A DNA stretch of 64,000 nucleotides, taken from contig CAMUZE010000001.1 of the NCBI GenBank assembly GCA_947165135.1, positions 6,079 through 70,078 of the forward strand, given 5' to 3'. The DNA comes from an uncultured Clostridia bacterium (GTDB taxonomy: Bacteria; Bacillota_I; Bacilli_A; RF39; UBA660). The notes under the pieces are model-generated. The model did not search any database and was not told where the DNA came from. It saw only the letters and a list, made by a program, of their open reading frames with translations. The translations under genes were made by a program, and so were the position numbers. Positions 47,169 to 57,572 of this stretch are shown piece by piece (the first letter of the stretch is position 1; the number at the start of each line of letters is the position of its first letter).

Positions 47169-49046
47169 TTAATTATTATTATTTTCTTCTTCCATTAGTT
47201 TTCTATAAGCAACTTTCCCCACTAAAGTTTTAGGAAGAGAATCTCTAAAGACATATTCATATGGAAGTGAATATCTAGCAAGATTTTTCTCACAATGCTC
47301 TCTAATACTTCTTTCAACTTCCTTACTTGGTTTAACCCCATCTTTTAAAATTATGAACGCTTTAGCAACTTGCATCTTTTTAGGATGAGGAATACCAATT
47401 ACTGTACTTGTAAATACATCTGGATGAGTATTTAAAACCGATTCAATATGCGTTGGATATAAATTATATCCATTAGATATTATAATTCTTTTAACTCTTT
47501 GTTTAAAATATACAAAACCATCTTTATCCATGCATCCTACATCACCAGTGTGAAGCCATGTTTTTCCATCTTTGTGTATTTGAAGTGCTTGTACTGTTTC
47601 CTCTAAATTATTTAAGTATCCCATCATAACAGTGGGTCCACTTATACATATTTCTCCATCTTCACCATAATTAGCTTCATCATGTGTTCCAACTCTAACT
47701 ATTTTATAATGTGTGCCAGGAAAAGGAATTCCAATTGATCCTTCTCTATAATTTCCAGTAGGTGTTACACATGTTGCGGCAGATGCTTCAGTAAGTCCAT
47801 AACCAACTCTAACTTCTGCAGTGCTTCCATGTTCATGTAAGTATTCATCTACTTTGGCTTTTAAGTCATTTGACATAAAATCTCCACCACATATTGCACA
47901 TTTAAAGTGTGATAAATCATTCTTACCTAATTTCATTTTTGTAAGAGACTCAAATAATGATGGAACTGCACATGCAATTGATATTTTATATTTATGCAAT
48001 AGTTTAGCAAATTCTTTTGGTGAGAAATTAGGAACTAAAACCACTCTCATTCCACAACAAAGAGGTGTATGTATACAAACTCCTAATCCAAAACCATGAA
48101 ATATAGGTAATAATGCTAAGATAGATTCACCTGGTCCTGATTGTTCAATCATTAAATGGCAGCTTAATGCAAGCGCATTAAAATTATAGTTTGAAAGTAA
48201 TATTCCCTTAGGGTTACCACTTGTTCCACCACTATAAAGTATTACTGCTGCATCATCACTATCTTTTAAGCAGGCAACTTCTCCATCGTAATCATAACCA
48301 TAATTTATGAATTCTTTCCAAGTCATAATGTCATCAGTTAACTCTATTTTTGGAACAGTACCTCTACTTTTAAATTTATATAAGAATTTCTTGATATTTT
48401 TAAGGCTTTCTCCTACTGAAGCAACTACTATTTTATTAACTTGTGTTTTATCAATAATATTATGTATTTTGTCATACACTAAATCAAGTGTTAATAAAAA
48501 TTTGGCACCTGATTCATTAATATAATGTTCTATTTCATTTTCTGCAGATAATGGGTGAATTAAAGCAGCTATTGCTCCAATCATATTTGTAGCATAAAAC
48601 ATCATTAAAGCCTGAGGAGTATTTGGCATACAAATTGCAATTTTATCTCCTTCTTTAACTCCTTGTGCTTTTAATGACTTAGCAGTACTTCTAATCATTT
48701 CATAGAATTCTCTATATTTATATGTTCTACCATAATATTCTACAGCAACTAAATCTGGATATCTTGCTACACTTTCAAGTAAATATCCAACCATAGTATT
48801 TTTAGGATATTCTACATCAAAATTTACACCTTCTGGATAATACTTAGTAAAAGGTGTAGGAAGTATTCCCTTTCTTTTATTTTTTTCTATTTCTTTTTCA
48901 TTTCTTTTTCTGATTTTTTCAGAAAGTTTTCTTTCTTTTTCTTCTTTCTTTTGTTGTCTTTTTAATTCTTTTAATTCTTCTTTTTTTCTTTTATTCTCTT
49001 CTTTTAATAATCTTTTTTCTTCTTTACTTAATTTCGATTCTTTCAT
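47169..49046 (-). CDS. Long-chain acyl-CoA synthetase (AMP-binding) with charged N-terminal helix
   Basis: YSGGTSGNPKG, GYGLTE, LHTGD, LPKT.VGK. Confidence 0.92.
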   Translation of the reverse strand: MKESKLSKEEKRLLKEENKRKKEELKELKRQQKKEEKERKLSEKIRKRNEKEIEKNKRKGILPTPFTKYYPEGVNFDVEYPKNTMVGYLLESVARYPDLVAVEYYGRTYKYREFYEMIRSTAKSLKAQGVKEGDKIAICMPNTPQALMMFYATNMIGAIAALIHPLSAENEIEHYINESGAKFLLTLDLVYDKIHNIIDKTQVNKIVVASVGESLKNIKKFLYKFKSRGTVPKIELTDDIMTWKEFINYGYDYDGEVACLKDSDDAAVILYSGGTSGNPKGILLSNYNFNALALSCHLMIEQSGPGESILALLPIFHGFGLGVCIHTPLCCGMRVVLVPNFSPKEFAKLLHKYKISIACAVPSLFESLTKMKLGKNDLSHFKCAICGGDFMSNDLKAKVDEYLHEHGSTAEVRVGYGLTEASAATCVTPTGNYREGSIGIPFPGTHYKIVRVGTHDEANYGEDGEICISGPTVMMGYLNNLEETVQALQIHKDGKTWLHTGDVGCMDKDGFVYFKQRVKRIIISNGYNLYPTHIESVLNTHPDVFTSTVIGIPHPKKMQVAKAFIILKDGVKPSKEVERSIREHCEKNLARYSLPYEYVFRDSLPKTLVGKVAYRKLMEEENNNN

Positions 49047-49908
49047 CTGCTCTACCTTCTAATAATTTTGGATTTGCTATAATATATTCAAGTAATTGTA
49101 ATGATTTTGCAAAATAATACCCATCTGCTATTCTTTCATCCAAATTAACTCCAAAATCACAAACATCTACTGCTTTAATCTTTCCTTTTTCATCTACAAT
49201 AGGTTCTTTATGAATTTTACCCATAGTAGCTAGAATAGAACTAGTACCAAAATCAGTTAAATGATGATAAATAGATCCTATCCCTAAATTTCCTAAATTT
49301 GAAAGAATTGCAGTACTATAATACAAATTATCTTCAATCATATCTTTTGGTAACAAATCATGATTATCAAGAGATTTAAAAATTTTCATAACAAGTTTTC
49401 TTAAGCATTTAGGTAATCGCCCAACAATGTCAACTGCATCATTTGTTCCACTTCTCTTATCATCTGTTTCAGTCTTAGTATTTCTTAATGCTTCTACTCT
49501 CTTAGCTATTTTATCTCTAACACTAAATATGTTATCATCTTTTTCGATATTAACACCAATCATCATTTCTTCACTTTTATCATTAAATGCTACTTTAGCA
49601 CTAAATGCAAAAATAACATCTTTTCTATCATAATAACTTCTATTAATTATATATCTATTTAATAATGGTCTATTATAAATTACTTTGCCTAAAGCCATTG
49701 CAAAAGCATGGAAATAAGTAATTCTATTCTCGGGATTCTTTTTCTTATAGTCTTCAACATATTTAATTAAATTAGTTACATCAATTTTAACATTCATATA
49801 GACATCGGAGTCACATCTTTTAGGCATAACTTCTAACATAAGATTATGCATTCCATCAAAATGTCTTACTTTTACCCCATCTCTTCTGTCACCAATTTTT
49901 TTCTTCAT
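49024..49908 (-). CDS. Stand-alone 2-oxoacid dehydrogenase E2-like acyltransferase domain
   Basis: D.T.L, P.LNR, LSNLG, DERIADG (canonical DHRxxDG); no lipoyl domain. Confidence 0.8.
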   Translation of the reverse strand: MKKKIGDRRDGVKVRHFDGMHNLMLEVMPKRCDSDVYMNVKIDVTNLIKYVEDYKKKNPENRITYFHAFAMALGKVIYNRPLLNRYIINRSYYDRKDVIFAFSAKVAFNDKSEEMMIGVNIEKDDNIFSVRDKIAKRVEALRNTKTETDDKRSGTNDAVDIVGRLPKCLRKLVMKIFKSLDNHDLLPKDMIEDNLYYSTAILSNLGNLGIGSIYHHLTDFGTSSILATMGKIHKEPIVDEKGKIKAVDVCDFGVNLDERIADGYYFAKSLQLLEYIIANPKLLEGRADERIEIK

Positions 49909-49973
49909 AAAAAACCTCTTTTCACAAAAAATGACATAACATATTATATGTTATTTTAAATATTTTTTCAACT

Positions 49974-50936
49974 TTATATTATTAATATATAGGCATAATA
50001 TGCTATAAATATTAGTAACATTGCTATACCTTCTGCTCTTGATAAAACCTTATCATTACGCGCAAACAAGTATAAAACCACTGCCGCAGTAAGAACAGCA
50101 AGTATATCTATTAAGTTAAAATTAACTGATGAAAATCCACCATAAATCATTAAAGGCAATCCTAAAACAACTCCAATATTAAATATATTAGTACCAATTA
50201 TATTTCCAAGAGCAATATCAAATTCTCCCTTTTTAGCAGCAGCAACTGTCATAGTCATTTCTGGTAAAGAAGTGCCAATAACAACTAAAGTCATTGTTAT
50301 AATTTTAGTGCTTACATTTAAACTATTAGCTAAAAGTTTAGCATTATCTACAACCATATCACTTGCAAAAATAATTACCACACAACAAAGAATAGTCAAT
50401 ATAATAGATTTTGACATACTAAACTTAGGTTTTCCTCTTTCTAAAACACTTTTTTTTGTTCTTACAATTGAAATAATATATATAATAAATAATACAAATA
50501 ATATTGCAAATAATATTCCATCAAATCTATTTAGTATAAAATGATCAAGAGTTGGTCCAATATAATGTGCTAAAATTGCAAGTGCAAATAAAGTCGTTGT
50601 AGATAATAATATTGGTAACTCTTTTTTAACAACCTCATCTTTTACTTTAATTGGTGTAACACATGCCGCAAGTCCAATAACAAGCAAAATATTAACTACG
50701 TTGCTTCCCAGTACATTTGCAAGTGCAATATCTCCTACTCCACTTCTAATACTATTAAATGATATAGCAAGTTCGGGAGCACAAGTACCAAACGCAGCTA
50801 TAGTAAGAGCTATCATCATTTTAGACATCTTAAAATTAGTTGCAATAGAACTTACTGCATCTACAAAAATATCTGAGGCTTTTACTAAAAGTACAAAACC
50901 TATTACAAGTAATATTAATGCTTTCAATATTTCCAT
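49974..50936 (-). CDS. Ca2+/Na+ antiporter (YrbG family)
   Basis: Two alpha repeats: GTCAPEL...GSNVVN and GTSLPE...GTNIFN. Confidence 0.93.
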   Translation of the reverse strand: MEILKALILLVIGFVLLVKASDIFVDAVSSIATNFKMSKMMIALTIAAFGTCAPELAISFNSIRSGVGDIALANVLGSNVVNILLVIGLAACVTPIKVKDEVVKKELPILLSTTTLFALAILAHYIGPTLDHFILNRFDGILFAILFVLFIIYIISIVRTKKSVLERGKPKFSMSKSIILTILCCVVIIFASDMVVDNAKLLANSLNVSTKIITMTLVVIGTSLPEMTMTVAAAKKGEFDIALGNIIGTNIFNIGVVLGLPLMIYGGFSSVNFNLIDILAVLTAAVVLYLFARNDKVLSRAEGIAMLLIFIAYYAYILII

Positions 50937-51029
50937 ACTTAAACTCCTACACATATATTATAAACTAAAAGAAATATAGTATTATTATTTCAATATAAAA
51001 TTAACATTAAAAATGTAAAGAAGATTTGA

Positions 51030-51974
51030 TTAATTCAAATCTTCTTCATCAGTATTTTCAAATAATTTATTAATATTTTTAACAGGAAGCATCATATAAT
51101 TATCTTTGTTAACTTTAATTTCAAATATATTTGTATCATGTGGAAGCTCGTCTCCATCTATACACCAAGAAGGTGGTACTTCATCAAATTCTAATCTTAA
51201 GTTATCAGTTTTTATATAAGTAAACATTGGTATTTTATCTAAATCTTTTCTTTTTAGATGATATAATGCTTTAAATATATCCCATTTATTTTTAATATCA
51301 CACATTAACACTTCAAATTTATTATCATCGAGTTTAACATCATCATAAACATTAGGCATTCCAGCCACTCTGTTTGAATTAGTTATAAATATAAATGAAA
51401 ATCTCTTTTCTTGGCTTACTCCATCTACAGTATATTTAACATTAAAGAACTTTAATTTTTGTTTCAATTGTTTAATTCCATATAAAATATATGCAAGTCT
51501 TCCATATTTTTCTTTTAATTTTCTTGGAGTTGCATACGATATATCAATATATGCTCCAATACATGCAACATATACAAATGGATTACCATTAATTAAACAA
51601 ACATCAATATTTTTCTTTTTGCCATTTAAAAGCATAACAATATTCTTTTCAGTATTATTAGTCATTCCATACATATGAGCAACATCATTAACACTTCCAA
51701 GTGGTAAATGTCCAAGTAATATAGGTTCTTTTCTTTCAATATTTCCAGATATTACTTCATTTAATGTTCCGTCTCCCCCAGCACACATAAGTAAATCAAC
51801 ATTCTTTAATTTTTTTGTAATCTCTTTTGCATGACCTTTATATTCAGTATATATAATTTCAGTTTCATATCCATAATTCTCAAATATTTTATAAATTTTT
51901 TTAATATCATTCCTATTACTCAATTTACCACTATTAGGATTATAAATAACAACACATTTCATCATAATAACCAT
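51030..51974 (-). CDS. YegS/DgkB-family lipid kinase
   Basis: NP.SG, GGDGTLNEV, PLGS.ND.A, IDGD. Confidence 0.92.
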   Translation of the reverse strand: MVIMMKCVVIYNPNSGKLSNRNDIKKIYKIFENYGYETEIIYTEYKGHAKEITKKLKNVDLLMCAGGDGTLNEVISGNIERKEPILLGHLPLGSVNDVAHMYGMTNNTEKNIVMLLNGKKKNIDVCLINGNPFVYVACIGAYIDISYATPRKLKEKYGRLAYILYGIKQLKQKLKFFNVKYTVDGVSQEKRFSFIFITNSNRVAGMPNVYDDVKLDDNKFEVLMCDIKNKWDIFKALYHLKRKDLDKIPMFTYIKTDNLRLEFDEVPPSWCIDGDELPHDTNIFEIKVNKDNYMMLPVKNINKLFENTDEEDLN

Positions 51975-52107
51975 TCCTTTTAATATAATGTATTATAATT
52001 ATACCATATTTTATCAATTATCACATAAATATCACAAAATAAATAAAATTTACTATTTCGTTTATAATATATTTGTAATATAATATAGAATTAAGTTGAG
52101 GTTTAAA

Positions 52108-54048
52108 ATGAAAAAAAAGCAGAAAGACAAACAATTAAATAACAAAAAAATACTATGTAGACTAACTATTATTTTTTTGTCTGTCTTATTTTTAGGCTTA
52201 TTGTTTTTTTGTGGTTTCTCTACTTATATATATTATAATGCTCCAGAATTCCAAAGTGAATTATTATATAGAAAAGAATCTTCAAATATTTATGATGCTT
52301 CAGGAACAATAATCGCTACTATTGGAAACGAAAAAAGAATTATTATTGACTATAATGAATTACCACAAGTTTTAATAGATGCAATTATCGCAACAGAAGA
52401 TTCTAGATATTTTGAACATCATGGTTTTGATATATATAGATTCTTTAAAGCTGGATATGGCTTTCTTACTGGAAATAATGCTGGTGGAGCTTCTACTATA
52501 ACAATGCAAGTATCAAAAAATACTTTTACTTCTAATGAAAGCAGGGGAATAGATGGCGTAATACGTAAGTTTACTGATATATATATGTCAATGTTTAAAA
52601 TAGAACGTGACTATACTAAAGAAGAAATAATGGAATTTTATGTTAATTCTCCATATCTTGGCGCAGGATCATATGGAGTTCAAATGGCAAGTAGAACATA
52701 TTTTGATAAAGATGTTAAAGATTTAAATCTTATAGAAGCATCTATGATTGCTGGAATGTTTCAAGCACCAGGAGAATATGATCCATACGTAAACCCAGAT
52801 AAAACAAATTCAAGAAAAAATGAAGTTATTAATCTAATGTTAAGACATGGATATATCACTGAAGACCAAGCACGTGAAGCTAAAAAAGTATCTGTTGAAG
52901 ACATTATAGTAAAACAAAATAGTTCAATTAATAAATATCAAGGATTTATTGATACTGTTGTACAAGAAGTAATTGACAGGACAGGAAACAATCCATATGA
53001 AGTATCAATGGATATTTATTCAACAATGGTAAAAAGTAAACAAGATATAATTAATAATTTCTATAGTAAACATAAATTTAAAGATTCTAAAGTACAAGTT
53101 GGAATTGGTGTTATTGATAATGAAACAGGCGCAATTATCGCAGTAGGTGCTGGACGTAATAAAAAAAGTGAAATGTCACTAAACTACGCAACTCAAATTA
53201 AAAGGCATCCGGGAAGCGCAGCAAAACCAATTTTTGATTATGGCCCTGGTATTGAATATAATGGTTGGGGAACACATACAATGTTTGAAGACAAACCTGT
53301 AAAATATACAAATGGCGGAGTAATGAACAATGTAGACCATAAATATCAAGGAATGTTAACTTTAGAGCAATGTCTTGTTAGATCAAGAAATACTTGTGCA
53401 CTACAAGCATTCCAAAAAGTAAAGAATTCAAATATAAACAAATTTGTTACTAGTCTTGGAATAACTCCAGAATATTTTAAAAACTCAAAATATATTCATG
53501 AAGCACACTCAATAGGTGCATTTAGAGGAGTTTCTCCAGTACAACTTGCCGCTGCATATTCAGCATTTGGAAATGGTGGTTACTTTACTGAACCTCATTC
53601 AATAACAAAAATTGTTTATAAAAATGGTAGCAAAGAAGAAGTAAGAGAATTTAATTTTGAAAAAAATAGAGCTATGAAAGCAACAACAGCTTATATGATT
53701 GCTTATATGTTAAAGAAGGCAACTAGATCAGGAGTTAGAATCAAAGGAACAGATATTTCTGCTAAAACTGGAACAAGTAGTTATGATGACAAATATCTGA
53801 AAAAGTTGGGATTATCTACAAGAGTTGTACAGGATGCATGGACTGTAACATTTAGTCCTGACTATAGTGTCGCCATTTGGTATGGATATGATAAATTAAC
53901 TAAGAAAACATATGCTACAACAAGCACTGCCTGGTCAGAAAGAGCAAAAATACAAAAAGAAGTCGCAAAAAAAATAATGAAAAAAGGTTCTAAATATAAA
54001 AGACCAAAAGGAATTGTTTCAAGAAATGGTGGATTAGCAGCAAAATAA
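52108..54048 (+). CDS. Class A penicillin-binding protein (PBP1A-like)
   Basis: EDSRYFEHHG, GASTITMQ, SAAK, SRN, KTG. Confidence 0.95.
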   Translation: MKKKQKDKQLNNKKILCRLTIIFLSVLFLGLLFFCGFSTYIYYNAPEFQSELLYRKESSNIYDASGTIIATIGNEKRIIIDYNELPQVLIDAIIATEDSRYFEHHGFDIYRFFKAGYGFLTGNNAGGASTITMQVSKNTFTSNESRGIDGVIRKFTDIYMSMFKIERDYTKEEIMEFYVNSPYLGAGSYGVQMASRTYFDKDVKDLNLIEASMIAGMFQAPGEYDPYVNPDKTNSRKNEVINLMLRHGYITEDQAREAKKVSVEDIIVKQNSSINKYQGFIDTVVQEVIDRTGNNPYEVSMDIYSTMVKSKQDIINNFYSKHKFKDSKVQVGIGVIDNETGAIIAVGAGRNKKSEMSLNYATQIKRHPGSAAKPIFDYGPGIEYNGWGTHTMFEDKPVKYTNGGVMNNVDHKYQGMLTLEQCLVRSRNTCALQAFQKVKNSNINKFVTSLGITPEYFKNSKYIHEAHSIGAFRGVSPVQLAAAYSAFGNGGYFTEPHSITKIVYKNGSKEEVREFNFEKNRAMKATTAYMIAYMLKKATRSGVRIKGTDISAKTGTSSYDDKYLKKLGLSTRVVQDAWTVTFSPDYSVAIWYGYDKLTKKTYATTSTAWSERAKIQKEVAKKIMKKGSKYKRPKGIVSRNGGLAAK

Positions 54049-54062
54049 AAAATTGACGTTTG

Positions 54063-54698
54063 TCAATTTTTTAAATGCTTTAAATAATCATTTGGAATAC
54101 CCAAATCGATAGTTATTGTTTTATGAGTAATTGGATGAATAAATTCTATCTTCTTAGCAAGTAACATCATATGTCTAAATCCATCTTTAATGCCATATTT
54201 TCTATCACCAAGTATTGGAGTATTATTATCTTTCATATGTACTCTAATTTGATTCTTACGCCCAGTTTTAATATCTACTTCCAATAAAGAATATTGATTA
54301 TTTGACATTAATGTCTTATATTCTGTTTCAGCATATTTTCCATTTTTATCGTTAGTACTATATGTTAATAATGTCTTAGTTTCTTTTAAATATGATTTTA
54401 TTATTCCACTATCTTTTGTTTTTCCATGGACAATAGCGATATATATCCTTTTTACATTATCCCAATTTCTTTGTAATGCATCTTTAATCATTTCATTTTT
54501 AGCAAACACTACAAGTCCACTTGTGTCTTTATCGAGTCTATGCACCACAAATACTTTTTGATTTTTCTTATGTAAATAATCATATACTTGACTATATAAA
54601 TTATCTTTAAAATTATCACTCTTTATTGTTGGCAGATTAGGCTCTTTATAAACTACTATTAATTGCTTATCTTCATACAAAATATTTAACTTTTTCAT
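54063..54698 (-). CDS. RluA-family pseudouridine synthase
   Basis: HRLDKDTSG, TGRKNQIRVH, GD.KYG. Confidence 0.95.
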   Translation of the reverse strand: MKKLNILYEDKQLIVVYKEPNLPTIKSDNFKDNLYSQVYDYLHKKNQKVFVVHRLDKDTSGLVVFAKNEMIKDALQRNWDNVKRIYIAIVHGKTKDSGIIKSYLKETKTLLTYSTNDKNGKYAETEYKTLMSNNQYSLLEVDIKTGRKNQIRVHMKDNNTPILGDRKYGIKDGFRHMMLLAKKIEFIHPITHKTITIDLGIPNDYLKHLKN

Positions 54699-54701
54699 AT
54701 G

Positions 54702-55412
54702 CTATCCAAGAAATATTCCTATAGTTATTAATGCTACTCCAAGAACCATGCCAATCCATAATACTTTATTTTTAATATGTTCTTTTACCTCACATAATAA
54801 TTCAAACATTGATATGTATACTAACATTCCTAAAGTTATTGAGATTAATATACCCAATATTCCATCATCGAGTGTAATTTTGAATATATTTATTAATATT
54901 GCACCTATTATACTTGACAAAACCAAACTCAAAAATAATATAAATTTTTCTTTCTTATTCTTAATAAGAGAAGACACTTGAATACCTAATGGAATATTAT
55001 GAAAAGCTACAGCAAGTGACATCATTAATCCCATTTTAGTATCAGTTAACGCAGTAGAATAAATTGCAGTTCCCTCTATTACATTATGTAACATTAATGC
55101 AATCGCAGATATTAATCCAATATGTTCCATATGATGATTATGTTCAGACGAATGGTTATGATCAGGAACAAACACATCTAATATTTTTAAAATAAGTAAA
55201 CCAGATATTGCAAATCCTAAAATAGCCCATTTTGGTTTAACTAATTCTAAACATTCAGGTAATAAATCAAAAAATACAAGTCCAATTATTATTGTAAATG
55301 AAAAACCGACTGAAAATATAATTAACTTTTTATCATTCTTAATAAATTTTGTAATTAAATATCCTATTAAAAATGATAGTCCAGATAATAACGTAATAAT
55401 GATAGCTTTCAT
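54702..55412 (-). CDS. ZIP-family metal transporter
   Basis: His-rich loop, LHNVIEG, HNIPLG. Confidence 0.92.
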   Translation of the reverse strand: MKAIIITLLSGLSFLIGYLITKFIKNDKKLIIFSVGFSFTIIIGLVFFDLLPECLELVKPKWAILGFAISGLLILKILDVFVPDHNHSSEHNHHMEHIGLISAIALMLHNVIEGTAIYSTALTDTKMGLMMSLAVAFHNIPLGIQVSSLIKNKKEKFILFLSLVLSSIIGAILINIFKITLDDGILGILISITLGMLVYISMFELLCEVKEHIKNKVLWIGMVLGVALITIGIFLG

Positions 55413-55473
55413 AAAACACCTCAAATCCAAATAGATTATAGCATACAGCTAATTAAAATGCTATAATTGAAGT

Positions 55474-56190
55474 ATGAAAAAGATTGAAGAATTACAAAAA
55501 ATAATTGATGAATCTAACAATATAGTTTTCTTTAGTGGAGCTGGAATATCAACACTAAGTGGAATAAAGGATTTTAGAAGTAAAGATGGACTTTACAATA
55601 TGAAATATAAATATTCACCAGAAATGATACTTAGCTCATCATTTTTCTACAATAATACAAAAGAATTTTATAAATTCTATAAAGATAAACTTAACTGTTT
55701 AAATGTAGAACCGAATATAGTACATAAATACTTTTATAAACTAGAAAAGATAGGTAAATTGAAATCAATTGTTACGCAAAACATAGATGGTCTTCATACA
55801 AAAGCTGGTAATAAAGATGTTTATGAATTACATGGTACTATATACAAAAATCATTGTATAAAATGCAATAAGTTTTATGATGCAGAATATGTTTTTAAAT
55901 CTAAAGGTGTTCCAACATGTAAATGTGGTGGCATTATAAAACCTGATGTTGTACTATACGGAGAAATGCTTCCTACTTATGATACTGAAAATGCTATATA
56001 TGATATTGCACATTGTGATACTTTAATAGTTGCAGGTTCCTCTTTAACTGTCTATCCAGCAAGTGGAATGTTAAGATTATTTAATGGCAAGAATTTTGTA
56101 ATAATTAATAGAGATAAAACTGCCTTTGATCAATATGCAACTTTGGTTATTCATGACGAATTAATAAATGTCTTTAGCAAATTAAAATAA
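55474..56190 (+). CDS. cobB: Sir2/CobB NAD-dependent deacylase
   Basis: GAGIST.SGI.DFR, TQNIDGLH, HG, Zn cysteines, GSSL.VYPA. Confidence 0.93.
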   Translation: MKKIEELQKIIDESNNIVFFSGAGISTLSGIKDFRSKDGLYNMKYKYSPEMILSSSFFYNNTKEFYKFYKDKLNCLNVEPNIVHKYFYKLEKIGKLKSIVTQNIDGLHTKAGNKDVYELHGTIYKNHCIKCNKFYDAEYVFKSKGVPTCKCGGIIKPDVVLYGEMLPTYDTENAIYDIAHCDTLIVAGSSLTVYPASGMLRLFNGKNFVIINRDKTAFDQYATLVIHDELINVFSKLK

Positions 56191-56210
56191 GTATTTGAAA
56201 TACTTATTTT

Positions 56211-56729
56211 TTATTTTATTAAATTTCCTAAAATACCATAAGATATTATCATCATTATAATGCTAGCCATCATTACTCCAAGCATTACAGCAAAAAATGA
56301 TTTCTTTTTATCCATTTCTAATACTGATGCTGCAAGACAACCAGTCCATGCCCCTGTTCCAGGAAGAGGTATACCTACAAATAATACAAGCCCAAGATAA
56401 CCATACTTTTCTATTCTAGTTTTATGCTTTCTTGCTTTCTTATCAAGCCACGTTGCAATTTTATTAAAAAATTTAACTTTAGAATTTCTCATCCATTCAA
56501 GTATTTTATTAATAAACAAAAGTATAAATGGAACTGGTATAATATTCCCAACAATCGAAACAATATATCCAACTAATGGTTTTACATTTAAAAGTGAAGC
56601 CGCTATTAAGCCACCACGAAGTTCTAACAAAGGTAATAAAGAGATAATAAATACTACTAATTCTTTGCCAAATTTCATTCTAATAAGCCCACTAAACAAA
56701 TCAATAATTCCATTTATTAAACTTTCCAT
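56211..56729 (-). CDS. Putative small multidrug export family membrane protein
   Basis: LP.LELRG, FV.IPLPGTGAWTG. Confidence 0.88.
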   Translation of the reverse strand: MESLINGIIDLFSGLIRMKFGKELVVFIISLLPLLELRGGLIAASLLNVKPLVGYIVSIVGNIIPVPFILLFINKILEWMRNSKVKFFNKIATWLDKKARKHKTRIEKYGYLGLVLFVGIPLPGTGAWTGCLAASVLEMDKKKSFFAVMLGVMMASIIMMIISYGILGNLIK

Positions 56730-56814
56730 ATTAACTCCCAATAAATAATATTCACTAAATACAATTTTATCATTTATTTTTCTATTATGCTATAATATTT
56801 ATAAGAGGTTACAT

Positions 56815-57531
56815 ATGAATAGTAAAATAGGTGTATTTGATTCTGGTAAAGGTGGACTTACTACATTAAATGAAATAAAAAAACTTCTTCCTAATGAAGA
56901 CTATATTTATTACGCAGATTCAAGTAATAATCCATATGGTAATAAAACGGATGAAGTTCTTTATAATATAGTTATAAATGTTATAAATAAATTAATATCA
57001 AAAGAAGTAAAATTGATTGTTATTGCTTGCAATACTGCAACTACTAAATGTATAGAAAAATTAAGAAAAGATTATCCAAATATGTTATTTATTGGAACAG
57101 AACCAGCCATAAAAGTTGCATGTGATAATAATTATAAAAGCACATTAGTTCTTGCTACACCTGGCACTATAAATTCTGAAAGAACACAAGAACTAATTGA
57201 AAAGAATAAAAAAAAGAATCAAAAGATTTATTTACTTCCTTGTGAAGGGCTTGCAAATGCTATAGAATTAAATGATAATGAAAAAATTAATAAATTACTA
57301 GATAAATATCTAACTGAATATACTAATAAAAATATTGATTCAATTGTCTTAGGATGCACTCATTATCCAATTATAAGTGAAAGGATACAAATAATGTTTC
57401 CAGATGCAAAATTAATTGATGGAAACTTAGGTGTTGCAAAAAGAGTAAAATACATTTTAGAAAAAAATAATTTATTAAATAATAAAAAAGAAAATGGAAC
57501 AATAGAATTTATAATATCAAAAAAAGACTAA
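56815..57531 (+). CDS. murI: Glutamate racemase
   Basis: FDSG.GG, PYG.K, ACNTAT, LGCTHY. Confidence 0.97.
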   Translation: MNSKIGVFDSGKGGLTTLNEIKKLLPNEDYIYYADSSNNPYGNKTDEVLYNIVINVINKLISKEVKLIVIACNTATTKCIEKLRKDYPNMLFIGTEPAIKVACDNNYKSTLVLATPGTINSERTQELIEKNKKKNQKIYLLPCEGLANAIELNDNEKINKLLDKYLTEYTNKNIDSIVLGCTHYPIISERIQIMFPDAKLIDGNLGVAKRVKYILEKNNLLNNKKENGTIEFIISKKD

Positions 57532-57572
57532 ATTGAAGTAAACTCCATTTTGGACACTTCAAATAGTCTTTT

